DNA of 60,249 nucleotides, taken from the IMG/VR virus record IMGVR_UViG_3300037510_000266, positions 1-60,249 of that record. One strand, 5' to 3'. Under the pieces are notes generated by a model, which was not told the DNA's origin, did not search any database, and worked only from the letters and a program-made list of their open reading frames with translations. This document shows positions 10,023-20,100 of this stretch, one piece after another. Source of the DNA: a virus. The translations under genes and the position numbers were made by a program. Position 1 is the stretch's first letter. Each line of letters starts with the position of its first letter.

Positions 10023-10037
10023 GGTCTATGGACCACA
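10023..10037 (+). promoter_or_regulatory. GGTC-N4-GACCACA site C (GGTCTATGGACCACA)
   Basis: 24 nt upstream of the GTG start at 10061. Confidence 0.45.
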
Positions 10038-10060
10038 ATCGGTGATATCCTTGCGGCAAC

Positions 10061-13000
10061 GTGCAAGAGGTTAGCTTTCGCGTCCCGTTCGGCGGCGGGA
10101 TCAATACAAAAATCGACGAGAAGACGGTGCCATACACGGAGCTCCTTCGTGCCGAGAACGTCGTCTTCGACAAGCTGACCTCACTTAAGAAGCGCAACGG
10201 CTACACCGCGCTCGCGCCCGACATCGACGGCGGAGGGACGCTCACCGGTGCCGTCGCGATGGCATCCCGCGACAGCGAGCGGCTTGTGTTCACGCGGAGC
10301 CGTTGTTACTCGCGTATGACGGGCCAGGAAAAGTGGTCGGACGTAGGTGCAGTCTACAGCGTACTCGGCACCGATCGGCCGCTCTCACGCAACGGCAGTC
10401 AACAGACGGTGCCGGATTGCGCGACGAACCGCGGGGTCATCGTTGCGGCATGGGAAGACACGCAGGGTGGCGTGTGGTGGAGCGTGAGTGATGAGTCCGG
10501 CCATCAGATCAAGGCGTCCACGCAGGCGGATGCGAGTGGTGCAAGCCCGCGATGCGTCGCCGTTGGCGATAACCTGCATGTATATTATATCGTTGCAACG
10601 TTTCTGTATGTCGTCGTAATTGACACGGCATCTCCGAGCGCAGACGCGACGCCTGTGCTTGTCGTGGATGACGTGAATTCGGTGTATGACGCATGTCCGA
10701 CGGAGCGAACGGCAACGCCATCACTGTTTGCGTATGTAAGCATATCAAACAATGTTGTCGTCGGATACATTGATCAGTCTGGTGTGTTGAGTGGTCCACT
10801 GTTCAATCAGCCATCGCCATCGACGTTTGTGGCATTTGCTGATTTTTTATCTACCATCGAAGCCCCGATCGCTGTTGCGTACGCATACGTCGATGGCGGG
10901 AATGGCGACTATATCGCTATCGGCTGCGGATCGCAGCAGTGCATCACGTTCTGCACAGGAGGATCGTTTTCCAATGCCATCGCAACGCGCGTTGATGGTG
11001 TTACCGGTGTCGGCGGACCAGTCGGAACCATCGATCGCGTAGCGCTTGCCATCGCGCTGGATAGCAGCAACGTTGCTACCGTGTGGTCCGCGTGGGAATA
11101 CGATGATGCCGAGGCCACGAATCATTTTGTAGACATGGCATCGACGACAATTGCAGGCGTTTCTACGCAATCCACGATCTTATCTGTGGGCATCGTTTCG
11201 CGCGCTTTCGTCATCGACGATCGCGCCTTCGTGACGCTCGTGCATGACACTGATTTCTTCAATACGTACATCACGTATCGCATCGACCCATCGTCCACGC
11301 CGGTGCCTGTGGCGCGGCTCGCGACGGGTCGTGCATCTGGATTGCCGGCACGTCAACACGTGACAAGCGTCAACGTCATCGATGGCGTGGCGCGCTTTTG
11401 CTTGCCCGAGCGTGAACGCGTGATCAGCGAGAGCGGATCAGAATTCCGTGAGACCGGGATTCGACTGTTCGATCTCGACTTCGAATCCACGTCGACATAC
11501 CAGTATTCGCAGCTCGGTCGTGGGTTGTACCTCGGCGGTGCGTGCCCGATGCATTACGACGGCAGGACATGGACCGAGATGGGCTTTCACGTCGGACCGG
11601 AACTGATCGTGGCCACACCCTCGGCCGGCGGTTCGATGACATCGGGGACGACGTACGAATACCGCGCATGGTACGAGTGGACCGACGCACAAGGCGAAGT
11701 GCATCGCGGTCCAACGTCTGCCGGAACGCTTGTCACGATGGGCGGTGCCGATACACAGGTGACGCTGACGTTGCCGATGCTGCGCGTGACGCTCAAGGAT
11801 CGTGCGCGTATCTGCGTCGCGCGCTCGCTCGCGGCGAAGACAGGCAAAACGGCGCAGTTGTTTCGCGTGACATCGCTGGACATGTCTACCGCCGGTTCTG
11901 CGAACGGCATCGTCATCAACGATCCGACGACGGACACAGCGACGTTTATCGATCGAATGAGCGATACGACGCTTGCCGATCAGGAGGAGATCTACACAGA
12001 CGGTGGAATTCTTAGCAACGATCCGGCGCCACTCGGTCATGTCGTGGCGCGACTTCGTAATCGCTTGCTATTTAACGATCCGGGGAATCCGTATCTACTG
12101 CGTTATTCGCAAGATCTCGAGGATGGATTTGGTGTTGAGATTCCGCCGGATTTGTCGTTTCCCGTCGATCCATACGGCGGAAGAATTACGGCAGCGGCAA
12201 GCCAGGACGATCGCGGCATCATTTGGCAAGAGCGCGCGATTCGGTTTTTTAATGGCGATGGTCCGACGGCTAACGGCGATACGTCATCGTCTGGGTTCTC
12301 GTCGCCACAGCTTGTGACGAGTGACGTCGGTTGTACGAATCCGGCGAGCATCGTGCTGACGCCGAAGGGCTACATGTTTCAGTCGACGAAAGGCATCTAC
12401 AACATCGGTCCCGATGGCGAGGTGTCTTACGTAGGTGCCGCTGTGGAGGCGTACAACGATCAGACGATCAAACGCGCGGTGTTGCTTCCGAACCGAACGT
12501 CCGTATTGTTTCTGACGAATTCTGGGCTGTCGCTCGTCTACGATTACCAACGTGCAGCATGGTACACGTGGACGAATCATGAAGGACTTGACGCGATCGT
12601 TGTGGACGATGAACTCTACTACCTGCGCACCGACGGATCGCTCGTCTACAAGGAGACGGTAGGTGAATACAGTGATGCCGGGTTGTCGATTACGATTCTG
12701 ATCGCGACTGCATGGATCCACATGCAAGAGCATTTGCAAGGATTCCAGAAGTTCCTGAACGCGTACATCATCGGCACATGGCTCACGCCGCATCAGCTCG
12801 GCGTGCAGTATCAAACCGACTACTCGCCGATGCTCGGCGCGCCGGTGTGGTTGGACGCCACTGGTGATACGTCATCGACGGGATGGATCACCGGCACACG
12901 CGCGCAGCGCATTGGTGTCCAGCCGATTCTAGGTAGCTCGTACGGCGATGGAGCGTTTGGTGATGGCGTCTTTGGTGGCACACCTGATGACGTATATCAA

Positions 13001-13165
13001 TGGCGAATGCAGCTATTGGAAAAAGGCGAGTCTATCCAGTTTGTATTCACAGACTTCCAGAAGCCTGGTACATTCGGTCCAAGCTTCGAGTTGACCGAGA
13101 TCCTCATCACCGGCGGCATCAAGGGCGCCGCGCCCAAGCCGGTCACGAAGGGTAGATCGATATGA
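10061..13165 (+). CDS. Large tail (nozzle / tubular-tail-B-like) structural protein
   Basis: 1034-aa ORF with GTG start. Size and position are analogous to podovirus nozzle proteins. Repetitive beta-rich sequence. Positional call only. Confidence 0.45.
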   Translation: MQEVSFRVPFGGGINTKIDEKTVPYTELLRAENVVFDKLTSLKKRNGYTALAPDIDGGGTLTGAVAMASRDSERLVFTRSRCYSRMTGQEKWSDVGAVYSVLGTDRPLSRNGSQQTVPDCATNRGVIVAAWEDTQGGVWWSVSDESGHQIKASTQADASGASPRCVAVGDNLHVYYIVATFLYVVVIDTASPSADATPVLVVDDVNSVYDACPTERTATPSLFAYVSISNNVVVGYIDQSGVLSGPLFNQPSPSTFVAFADFLSTIEAPIAVAYAYVDGGNGDYIAIGCGSQQCITFCTGGSFSNAIATRVDGVTGVGGPVGTIDRVALAIALDSSNVATVWSAWEYDDAEATNHFVDMASTTIAGVSTQSTILSVGIVSRAFVIDDRAFVTLVHDTDFFNTYITYRIDPSSTPVPVARLATGRASGLPARQHVTSVNVIDGVARFCLPERERVISESGSEFRETGIRLFDLDFESTSTYQYSQLGRGLYLGGACPMHYDGRTWTEMGFHVGPELIVATPSAGGSMTSGTTYEYRAWYEWTDAQGEVHRGPTSAGTLVTMGGADTQVTLTLPMLRVTLKDRARICVARSLAAKTGKTAQLFRVTSLDMSTAGSANGIVINDPTTDTATFIDRMSDTTLADQEEIYTDGGILSNDPAPLGHVVARLRNRLLFNDPGNPYLLRYSQDLEDGFGVEIPPDLSFPVDPYGGRITAAASQDDRGIIWQERAIRFFNGDGPTANGDTSSSGFSSPQLVTSDVGCTNPASIVLTPKGYMFQSTKGIYNIGPDGEVSYVGAAVEAYNDQTIKRAVLLPNRTSVLFLTNSGLSLVYDYQRAAWYTWTNHEGLDAIVVDDELYYLRTDGSLVYKETVGEYSDAGLSITILIATAWIHMQEHLQGFQKFLNAYIIGTWLTPHQLGVQYQTDYSPMLGAPVWLDATGDTSSTGWITGTRAQRIGVQPILGSSYGDGAFGDGVFGGTPDDVYQWRMQLLEKGESIQFVFTDFQKPGTFGPSFELTEILITGGIKGAAPKPVTKGRSI

Positions 13166-14742
13166 GTTTTTGGGATACAGCCAAGCGTGTGGGTCTCGGA
13201 GTCGCGACGGGCGGACTCTCCGAGGCCGGCGGAGCGCGTCCGCTGCTTGACGCGGCGAGCGGCCAAGGCGACTACTTCAAGGATCTGCTGTTCGGTGGCA
13301 ACGCGACGAATGGCATCGACGCGCAGCCCAAGCAATACGACGCCGCAACGGCGATGCTTGGCCAGATATCCGGCACTGCGCAGCAACGTCAGGCGCCGAC
13401 GATCGGTGCGATGCAGCTCGCCGGTGGGCCGCAGGATCAGAGCCGGCAAGGCATGATGGACGTCGCGAATCGCCTCGGCGGCATCGCCAACGGTACACAG
13501 GCCGGCGCAGGCGAGCTCGCCGTCAACCGTCAGTTGTCGTCGATCAATGCGGCGCAGAACTCCGCGGCGCGGATGGCGCGCGGCGCGAACTCGGCGCTCG
13601 CGTATCGCAATGCCATGCGCAACCAAGCCGACGCTGGGCTCGCCGGTGCTGGTCAGGCGGCGCAAGCGCAGATGTCCGATCAGCAAGCGGCGAATCAGCA
13701 ACTTGGGTCGATCTACGGCATGATGCGCGGCCAGGATATTGGATACGCATCGGAAAATGCGCAACTCGGACAGCAAGCGAACCTTGCGAACCAGAATGCG
13801 CAACTCACGCAGCAGCAAATGAACGATGCGCGACAGATCCAGGCGATCGGTCAACAGCTCGGGTGGGATCAGGCGCGTATTCAGGCTGAGCTACAGAAGG
13901 CCGGCATTGCGATGCAGGATAAGGGCATCCTTCCGGGGCTGCTCCAAGGCGCCGGGCAAGCCGCGGCGGCATACGCCACCGGTGGACTATCGACTGCGGC
14001 AGGCGCGGCTGGCGGCGGTGCCAGCAACTACAACCAAGCTGGCCAGCTGATGAACACGGGCGGCCTAATGACGCTCTCCGACGAACGCGCCAAGACGAAC
14101 ATCAATGATGGCTCATCGACGGCAAGTGCGGCGCTTGGCGCATTGCGCCCGATTACGTTCGCGTATGTCGATCCGCGGAATGGCGCTGGTCGGCAACTCG
14201 GATTGAGCGCACAAGATCTAGAGCGCAATCCTGGCCTTGCGCATGCCGTGGTGAACACACCGCAGGGCAAGAAAGTGGACGGCGGGAAGCTTGCGACGGG
14301 AATCGCGGCGATTTTGCCGACAATCGATGAACGTATCCGACGCATCGAGTCGGCTACGCCGATGACGGAGATGGCCCGTCGCGATGAGCTGCTGCGCTTC
14401 GCTGGCGACGATCGCCCGCTACCTCCGCCGCTTTCGACGACGATCGTCGATGCCGATCGTGCGCGATACGAGGCGCTGGCACGCGCGGAGATGGCCCGTC
14501 GTGATGAACTGCTGCGCTTCGCAGGCTATGGGCGACCGCCGGAGCCGCCACCTCCGCCGCTTCCGACGACGATCGTCGATGCCGATCGTGCGCGATACGA
14601 GGCGTTATTGCGTCGTCGTCCAATTCCGCTGCTTCCGCCGGGATGGGTTCCGACACATGCGGCTCCGATCCCGATGCGCGCGATGTACTCCACGCCGAGT
14701 GGGCCGGGTGCGTCGGAACTCGCCGATATGGGTGGACAATAG
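13162..14742 (+). CDS. Virion protein with Gln/Asn/Ala-rich N-half and S74-type intramolecular chaperone domain
   Basis: ATGA overlap start. Motif LSDERAKTNI...FAYVD...GLSAQDLERNPGLAHAVV...IDERIRRIES matches the auto-processing chaperone of tail fibres and spikes. Confidence 0.65.
   Translation: MSFWDTAKRVGLGVATGGLSEAGGARPLLDAASGQGDYFKDLLFGGNATNGIDAQPKQYDAATAMLGQISGTAQQRQAPTIGAMQLAGGPQDQSRQGMMDVANRLGGIANGTQAGAGELAVNRQLSSINAAQNSAARMARGANSALAYRNAMRNQADAGLAGAGQAAQAQMSDQQAANQQLGSIYGMMRGQDIGYASENAQLGQQANLANQNAQLTQQQMNDARQIQAIGQQLGWDQARIQAELQKAGIAMQDKGILPGLLQGAGQAAAAYATGGLSTAAGAAGGGASNYNQAGQLMNTGGLMTLSDERAKTNINDGSSTASAALGALRPITFAYVDPRNGAGRQLGLSAQDLERNPGLAHAVVNTPQGKKVDGGKLATGIAAILPTIDERIRRIESATPMTEMARRDELLRFAGDDRPLPPPLSTTIVDADRARYEALARAEMARRDELLRFAGYGRPPEPPPPPLPTTIVDADRARYEALLRRRPIPLLPPGWVPTHAAPIPMRAMYSTPSGPGASELADMGGQ
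14077..14355 (+). other. Peptidase S74-like intramolecular chaperone domain (within the 13162-14742 CDS)
   Basis: Ser306 in SDERAKTNI is the expected autocleavage serine. Downstream G..AQ(D/E)L and V...V blocks are present. Confidence 0.6.
14368..14604 (+). repeat. Tandem coding repeat, period 120 bp (2 units)
   Basis: gagatggcccgtcg(c/t)gatga(g/a)ctgctgcgcttcgc... occurs at 14368 and 14488. Both units end in gtcgatgccgatcgtgcgcgatacgaggcg. They encode EMARRDELLRFAG..P-rich..TTIVDADRARYEAL twice. Confidence 0.9.
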
Positions 14743-17151
14743 ATGCCGGACATGATGACGCCAGATGGGCGCGTCGTGTCCGTGCCCGATGGTTTCGAGG
14801 GTCACTTCGCCGGGTTGTCGTTGCCTCCGGCACCCGAGGCGCAGCCTCCGTCGGTTACGCAGCCAGGCCTCGGCGTGCCCGCAGCAGCCCTGGACGTTGT
14901 ACCGAGTCAACGCCCACCGGAGCTGTCGGTCGTGCCACAGCTGTCGCCAGACGCGCCCGTGATGTCGCCAGATGGTGGCGGACAGACGTTGGCGCAGGCG
15001 TTTCCGCACGGCGACGCGGCGCTGCCGCAGCCTGCGCCGCAGGTCACACAACGCGACATCGCGACGATGGGCGAAGCCGGGCCGCTCAACGCCGAGATCG
15101 GCGCGCTTGATAAGGCGAAAGAGGCTGCGCAACGCCTTGGTACGGCGCAAGCGAATCAGGCGATCGCGGTGGGTGCTGTCGAAGCAGCGGCGAATGACGA
15201 AGCTGATCGCCAACTCGCACAGATCAAAGCTAATGCCGAGGCCAACGCCAAGGCGGTGCAAGACGCCACGGATGCGTATGTGCGTAATGCACAATCACTG
15301 GCGAATGTGCGTGTGGATCGTAGCATCGATCATCCGATTCTTGCTGCAGTCGGAACCGCGCTAAACATTCTGGGAACGGCCATGAAGAAGGCCGACATGT
15401 CCCAGGTGATGAAGCCGGTGTACGACGCGATCGATCGCAAGGTTTCGGCGCAGATGCAGGATATTGAGCTTGGCCGCGCCAATCTCGGATTGCAGCGCGA
15501 ATCGCTGGCGTTGTTGCGTCAGTCTGGCAACGATAAGATGACGTTGCAACAGACGTTGATGCTGTCCAGTCTCGAGCAAGCGAAACGACGCGTGCAGGAG
15601 ATCAAAGACAAGTCGACGTCGCCGATCGTGAAGGCGCAAGCCGATCAGGCGATGGCGGATATCGATGCGCGCCAAGCTGGCGCTATCGGGACGTATCAGG
15701 CTCGGTATCAGCAACGTCAGGATGCCGCCGCGGCGCGCGCACAGGCGGAGCGACTCGCCAAGATGCAGATTTCCGTGACGATGCGCGGACAAGATATACA
15801 GGCCGCGGAAAACGACGCCAATCGTCGTGAACGCGCGCAGGAGCATATCGATAACATCGCTGAGAAGCTCATGCTTGCCGGTAACGCCAAGGCAGCGGAA
15901 CGTGCGAAGATGCTAAAGGATAATGGCATCCTCGATCCGGTGACGCACGAATACATGTTGACGTCAGCCGGACAGGCGAAGATGGCGCAAGCTGACAGCA
16001 TGGAGGCGCAAGTCCGCAAGGATCCGACGCCGGTTGCGAAGGCGTACATCGCAAAGATTACAGACAAGACGCAAGCCGATCAGCTCACCGAGGCCATCAA
16101 GAATCCGAAGATCGCGGCGCAGGTGGCGCAGCAATACGCAAACGATATTCGCAACGATGCTCAGATCAATGATACTGCTATTGTGCGCGGTGCTGTGAAA
16201 CCGGATAAGATTCAGGAGGAGCTCGCCACAGCGCATGAAGTTCAGCTTTCGCTTGATACGGCGCAGAAGATGCTTGAACAGGATCCTTCGTCATTTGATC
16301 GAAAAGCATGGGCAGCGCTTCAGGCGCAACTAATGGTAACCAATGCCAACTACGTCAAGACGCTTGGCGAGCGCGTCAGCGTGAAAGCGCTCGAGGCGTT
16401 CAATGGCGTTATGTCGATTGATCCGGAGAGTTTAACTTCGCGCACCATTGATAAGGGCAAAGGGCTTGAAGCCATAAAGGCGCTGAAGACGGCAAATGCG
16501 CAGCAAGCTGATGTTACTCTCGGCAAGGCTGGCATCAAGACGTCATGGAAGCCAGGATCGCAGGGAACTGACACAACCGACATTTTCGCCGGCAAGACGG
16601 CGCAAGAACTTGCACGTGATGCGGAGCCTGGCGCATGGAAAGGAGATATCAGAGCATTGGCAGCAAAGGCTGCTGGCTTGTCATCGACGTCAAGGCAAGA
16701 TGAAGCGTTGAATGCTGCGATGAACCGTCGCGGTGCTCCAAGCGATGCCGAGATCAAGCAAGCTCGCAAGGAAGACCGCGATCCGATCGGCGACGTATCG
16801 AATTATGGACTAGATCCAAAGGTTGATGATAATGTGCGCTCGCTGATCAAGCAGTCATCAACTGTCGGACACGACAAATACTCTGAGATCGTGAGCACTC
16901 TGGCGCGTCCACTTACGACGACAAATCGTCCGGGTCTTGATACAGGCGTTGCGAAACTTATTCGCGATACGGATCCAAGGCTCTACGAAGACGTCATCGC
17001 CAAGGTTGCGACGGATGCCGGACAGTCGCGCGCCGAAGATCTCGTGATGGCCATCAGCATTCCCGCTGTCAAGTCGATCGACTTATCGCCGACGCCATCA
17101 CACAAGCGCGTCGTCGTCCCAGGCGCCGTGCAGCCGGAACCGGTGCGGTAG
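14743..17151 (+). CDS. Internal virion / ejection protein (putative)
   Basis: 802 aa, Ala/Gln/Lys-rich with long helical-looking stretches. Middle gene of three consecutive large genes after the nozzle-like gene. Confidence 0.5.
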   Translation: MPDMMTPDGRVVSVPDGFEGHFAGLSLPPAPEAQPPSVTQPGLGVPAAALDVVPSQRPPELSVVPQLSPDAPVMSPDGGGQTLAQAFPHGDAALPQPAPQVTQRDIATMGEAGPLNAEIGALDKAKEAAQRLGTAQANQAIAVGAVEAAANDEADRQLAQIKANAEANAKAVQDATDAYVRNAQSLANVRVDRSIDHPILAAVGTALNILGTAMKKADMSQVMKPVYDAIDRKVSAQMQDIELGRANLGLQRESLALLRQSGNDKMTLQQTLMLSSLEQAKRRVQEIKDKSTSPIVKAQADQAMADIDARQAGAIGTYQARYQQRQDAAAARAQAERLAKMQISVTMRGQDIQAAENDANRRERAQEHIDNIAEKLMLAGNAKAAERAKMLKDNGILDPVTHEYMLTSAGQAKMAQADSMEAQVRKDPTPVAKAYIAKITDKTQADQLTEAIKNPKIAAQVAQQYANDIRNDAQINDTAIVRGAVKPDKIQEELATAHEVQLSLDTAQKMLEQDPSSFDRKAWAALQAQLMVTNANYVKTLGERVSVKALEAFNGVMSIDPESLTSRTIDKGKGLEAIKALKTANAQQADVTLGKAGIKTSWKPGSQGTDTTDIFAGKTAQELARDAEPGAWKGDIRALAAKAAGLSSTSRQDEALNAAMNRRGAPSDAEIKQARKEDRDPIGDVSNYGLDPKVDDNVRSLIKQSSTVGHDKYSEIVSTLARPLTTTNRPGLDTGVAKLIRDTDPRLYEDVIAKVATDAGQSRAEDLVMAISIPAVKSIDLSPTPSHKRVVVPGAVQPEPVR

Positions 17152-20100
17152 GTGGGACTCTATCGTTCACCCACCGGCGCGATCGAGTCGATCGACGACG
17201 ACAAGGCGAGCTCGGCGCTCGCCAGTGGCTATGTGCCAGTCACGTCGGCGCAGTCTGGCGCGCCGGTTGAATCTGACGCCACCGGCGGCATTCTCGGGAC
17301 GCTGAATGCCGGTGCGACCTCGGTGCTGTCTGGCGCGACCCTCGGGCTGTCGGACGTCGCTTTACGTGGCATCCTCAATCGAGGCGACATGCGGCGCCTG
17401 GCCGCAGATCGCGAGGCCAATCCGATTGTATCCGGTGCCGGCCAGGTCGCCGGGGCCATTCTGCCTTCGCTGGTGGCGCCGGGATCGATCCTCGGACAAG
17501 CACCGGCCGGGGTGCTTTCGCGCGCTACGGCGCCGCTGGTAGAGCGTGGCGGGCTGTCGGCGCTTGCCGCAGGCGGCATCGAGGGCGCGGCGCAGAACGC
17601 CGGTGCGTATCTGTCCGATGTTGCGCTCGGAAACCGCGACCTATCCGCCGAGGGGATCGCTGGTGCCGTTGGTGGTGGATTCGCGTTTGGCGTCGGAGGC
17701 GGCGTCGTGGCGATGGGTATCGAGAAGGGCACGATGGCCGCGCGGCGCATGTTCGCACGCGTCGCGGATGGTGGCGAACGCGCGGCGAACGAAGCCGAGC
17801 AGGCGTGGATGACGCAGTATCAGGCGACGATCGAGGCACACGACGCGGCGGTTAACGCCGCAAAAGCGCAACTTGCCGCGGCACGCGCCGCACGCGAAGA
17901 TGCCGCGTTGGCGCGCAATCGGGCCGCGGCAACGACGGCCGAGACACGTATCAATGCACCACAGATCGACGCCGAGCGCGCATCGGCGCAGGCGTTCGAT
18001 GAGCTTGCTGCGAAGGAAGCGGCCATCAAGGCGGCCGAGCTGCCGCCGGTGAAGGTCGGTAACATCGACGATCTCGAGCGGCTCATATTCGGACAGCAAG
18101 AGGCAAAGTCAGAGCTTGATGATCTAATGCGTCAGGTTGAGTCACCAGCGGTTGAGACTGCTCCGGTTGGAGAGGTTCATGAGCCTGAAACAGTTAAATC
18201 AAATATTCCAGATTACTCAACCATCAAAGATTACGAGAAGAAGTTTGATGACTATCTAGAACAAACCATTCCTGCTCGATCAATCGCAGAACGAGGATAT
18301 TACGAACCTCCGGGACGTGAAGGTATCGATAGCGTTCGCATGAGGAATGCCAGGAAAGCAATATCCGAAGGACAGCGCGATGCAATTAAGCTTGGTGTTT
18401 CTGAAGATGGCAAAGTCGTGCTGTCCGATGGTCGCCATAGGTTGCAGGCTGCAATAGAATCTGATTCTCCTGTAAAGGTAAAATGGTTCAGCTCGAGTTC
18501 TCCTGCATCGCATGACGTATTGCGAACTGGTGAAATCGTAAAGCCAGCGATGGGCTCCGCATCCTACGATGCATATAAGTCATCGTTCGTTAAAGGTTTA
18601 TCTAAAGAAGAGATTGATGCAGCAAAGGCGTATAGCGGTGGATCTCATGCATCTATTAATCGAGCAATTGAAAATCAAGCTGAGATGTCAGCGAAAAATG
18701 CTGAAAACACTCGCTTGCTAGATTCTTTGATATCTCGTTCGTCTCTTCCAGAAGACATGACTGTTTTTCGTGGCATCCAAAGCGATGAGATATTTGACAA
18801 ATATTCAAAATTGAATCCTGGTGATGTTTTCTCTCACGGACGCTTTACGTCAACCACTGCATCAGATGAATTGCCTAGGGAATTTTACGGAAATGTGGAA
18901 ATGCGAATCAAGCTCCATAAGGGAGATCATGCCGCTCCTATTCCAGCATTAAAGTCACAGGAACGAGAATTACTTCTTCCGCGTGATCAAAAATTTAAAT
19001 TGACGTCATTACAGAACTTTGGAGGTAAGCGTCTAATCGTTAACGTTGAAGCTGTTAATGAATCAAGCAATCTTGAGTATTTATTGCGTGGAACCAGCGA
19101 GCGCGTTGCATCAGGCGAGTCACTAAAATCGATCGGCGCTCCTTCGGCTGCTGAATATGCAGCCAACAAGTCGACAAAATCAGAAGCCGCGTCGCGAGCA
19201 TTCCGCGAGCGTGCTGCGTTCAAAGAACGCGCTGGCATCGGATCGGCGCGACGTAGCTACAAGGTCAAGCAACTCGAGATCGCGCATGATGCGGCGATCG
19301 ACCGCGCTGCCACGGCGATTGATCCGGCAGAGCGTGCAACGGCGACATATGAAGCCAACGCGATCGAGCAACAGCTCGCCATCGCTGGACGTGCGTCATC
19401 GGCGCCGGACGACATCGCGCGGCTTGCGCCAGCGATCGAGAAGTACGAGCGCAAGTCAGCAGAGTTGACAGAAGGACTCGGCGAAGCGGCACCACAGACG
19501 GCGCGCGAGCACGCCGCGGCGTTTCGTGCTGCCGAGGACGAGGCCGATCGCAAGGTGACCGATCGCGCCACGCGTGCCGTGGATGACAGCGTGCATCCGC
19601 CGACCGGCAAGGGCACGATTATAAATCCGCAGGACTTCGAGCGCGTCTTCGGCAAGCCGATGCCGCTGCCGCCGACGTCCGCGGAAGCGCTCGCCTCCGC
19701 GAAGCAAGATCAGCTCGCGTCATCGGCTGCATACAAGCGCGCCAAGGCGACAGAGACCGAGGCGAAAATCAACGCGCGTAGGGCCACAGATGCGCGTAAG
19801 GCCATCCCTGAGCGACCCAAGGCAATCCCGCCGGTGCCACGCGAAGCATCGACGCTCGGATCGATCGCGACGGCGATTGGCGTGGCCGGCGAGCTCGGAA
19901 TCCCGGGTATCCCGAAGCCGGAAGACATCCCCGTGATCGGACCGCTCCTCGGTGCGTACATCAAGTACCGCGCAATCAAAGCGACGGCGGGACGGTTCGT
20001 CGGTCGCGTCGCGGCCACGGGCGATACGCGTGCGGCGGCGCTGGCGGCGCGTACGAAGGACAAGATCGTCACCGCTGTTGATCGGACGCTAGGCCTCGCC

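Noticed and set aside
9716-10074. Mutually antisense ORFs 9716-10066 (- strand) and 9718-10074 (+ strand) in the tail-module gap.
   Set aside because: They mirror each other, have odd composition, and contain the regulatory 15-mers. I treat the region as non-coding. A small - strand ORF starting at 9899 remains possible.
14368-14604. Tandem repeat considered as a CRISPR-like or minisatellite array.
   Set aside because: There are only two units, they are in frame within a CDS, and there are no spacers.
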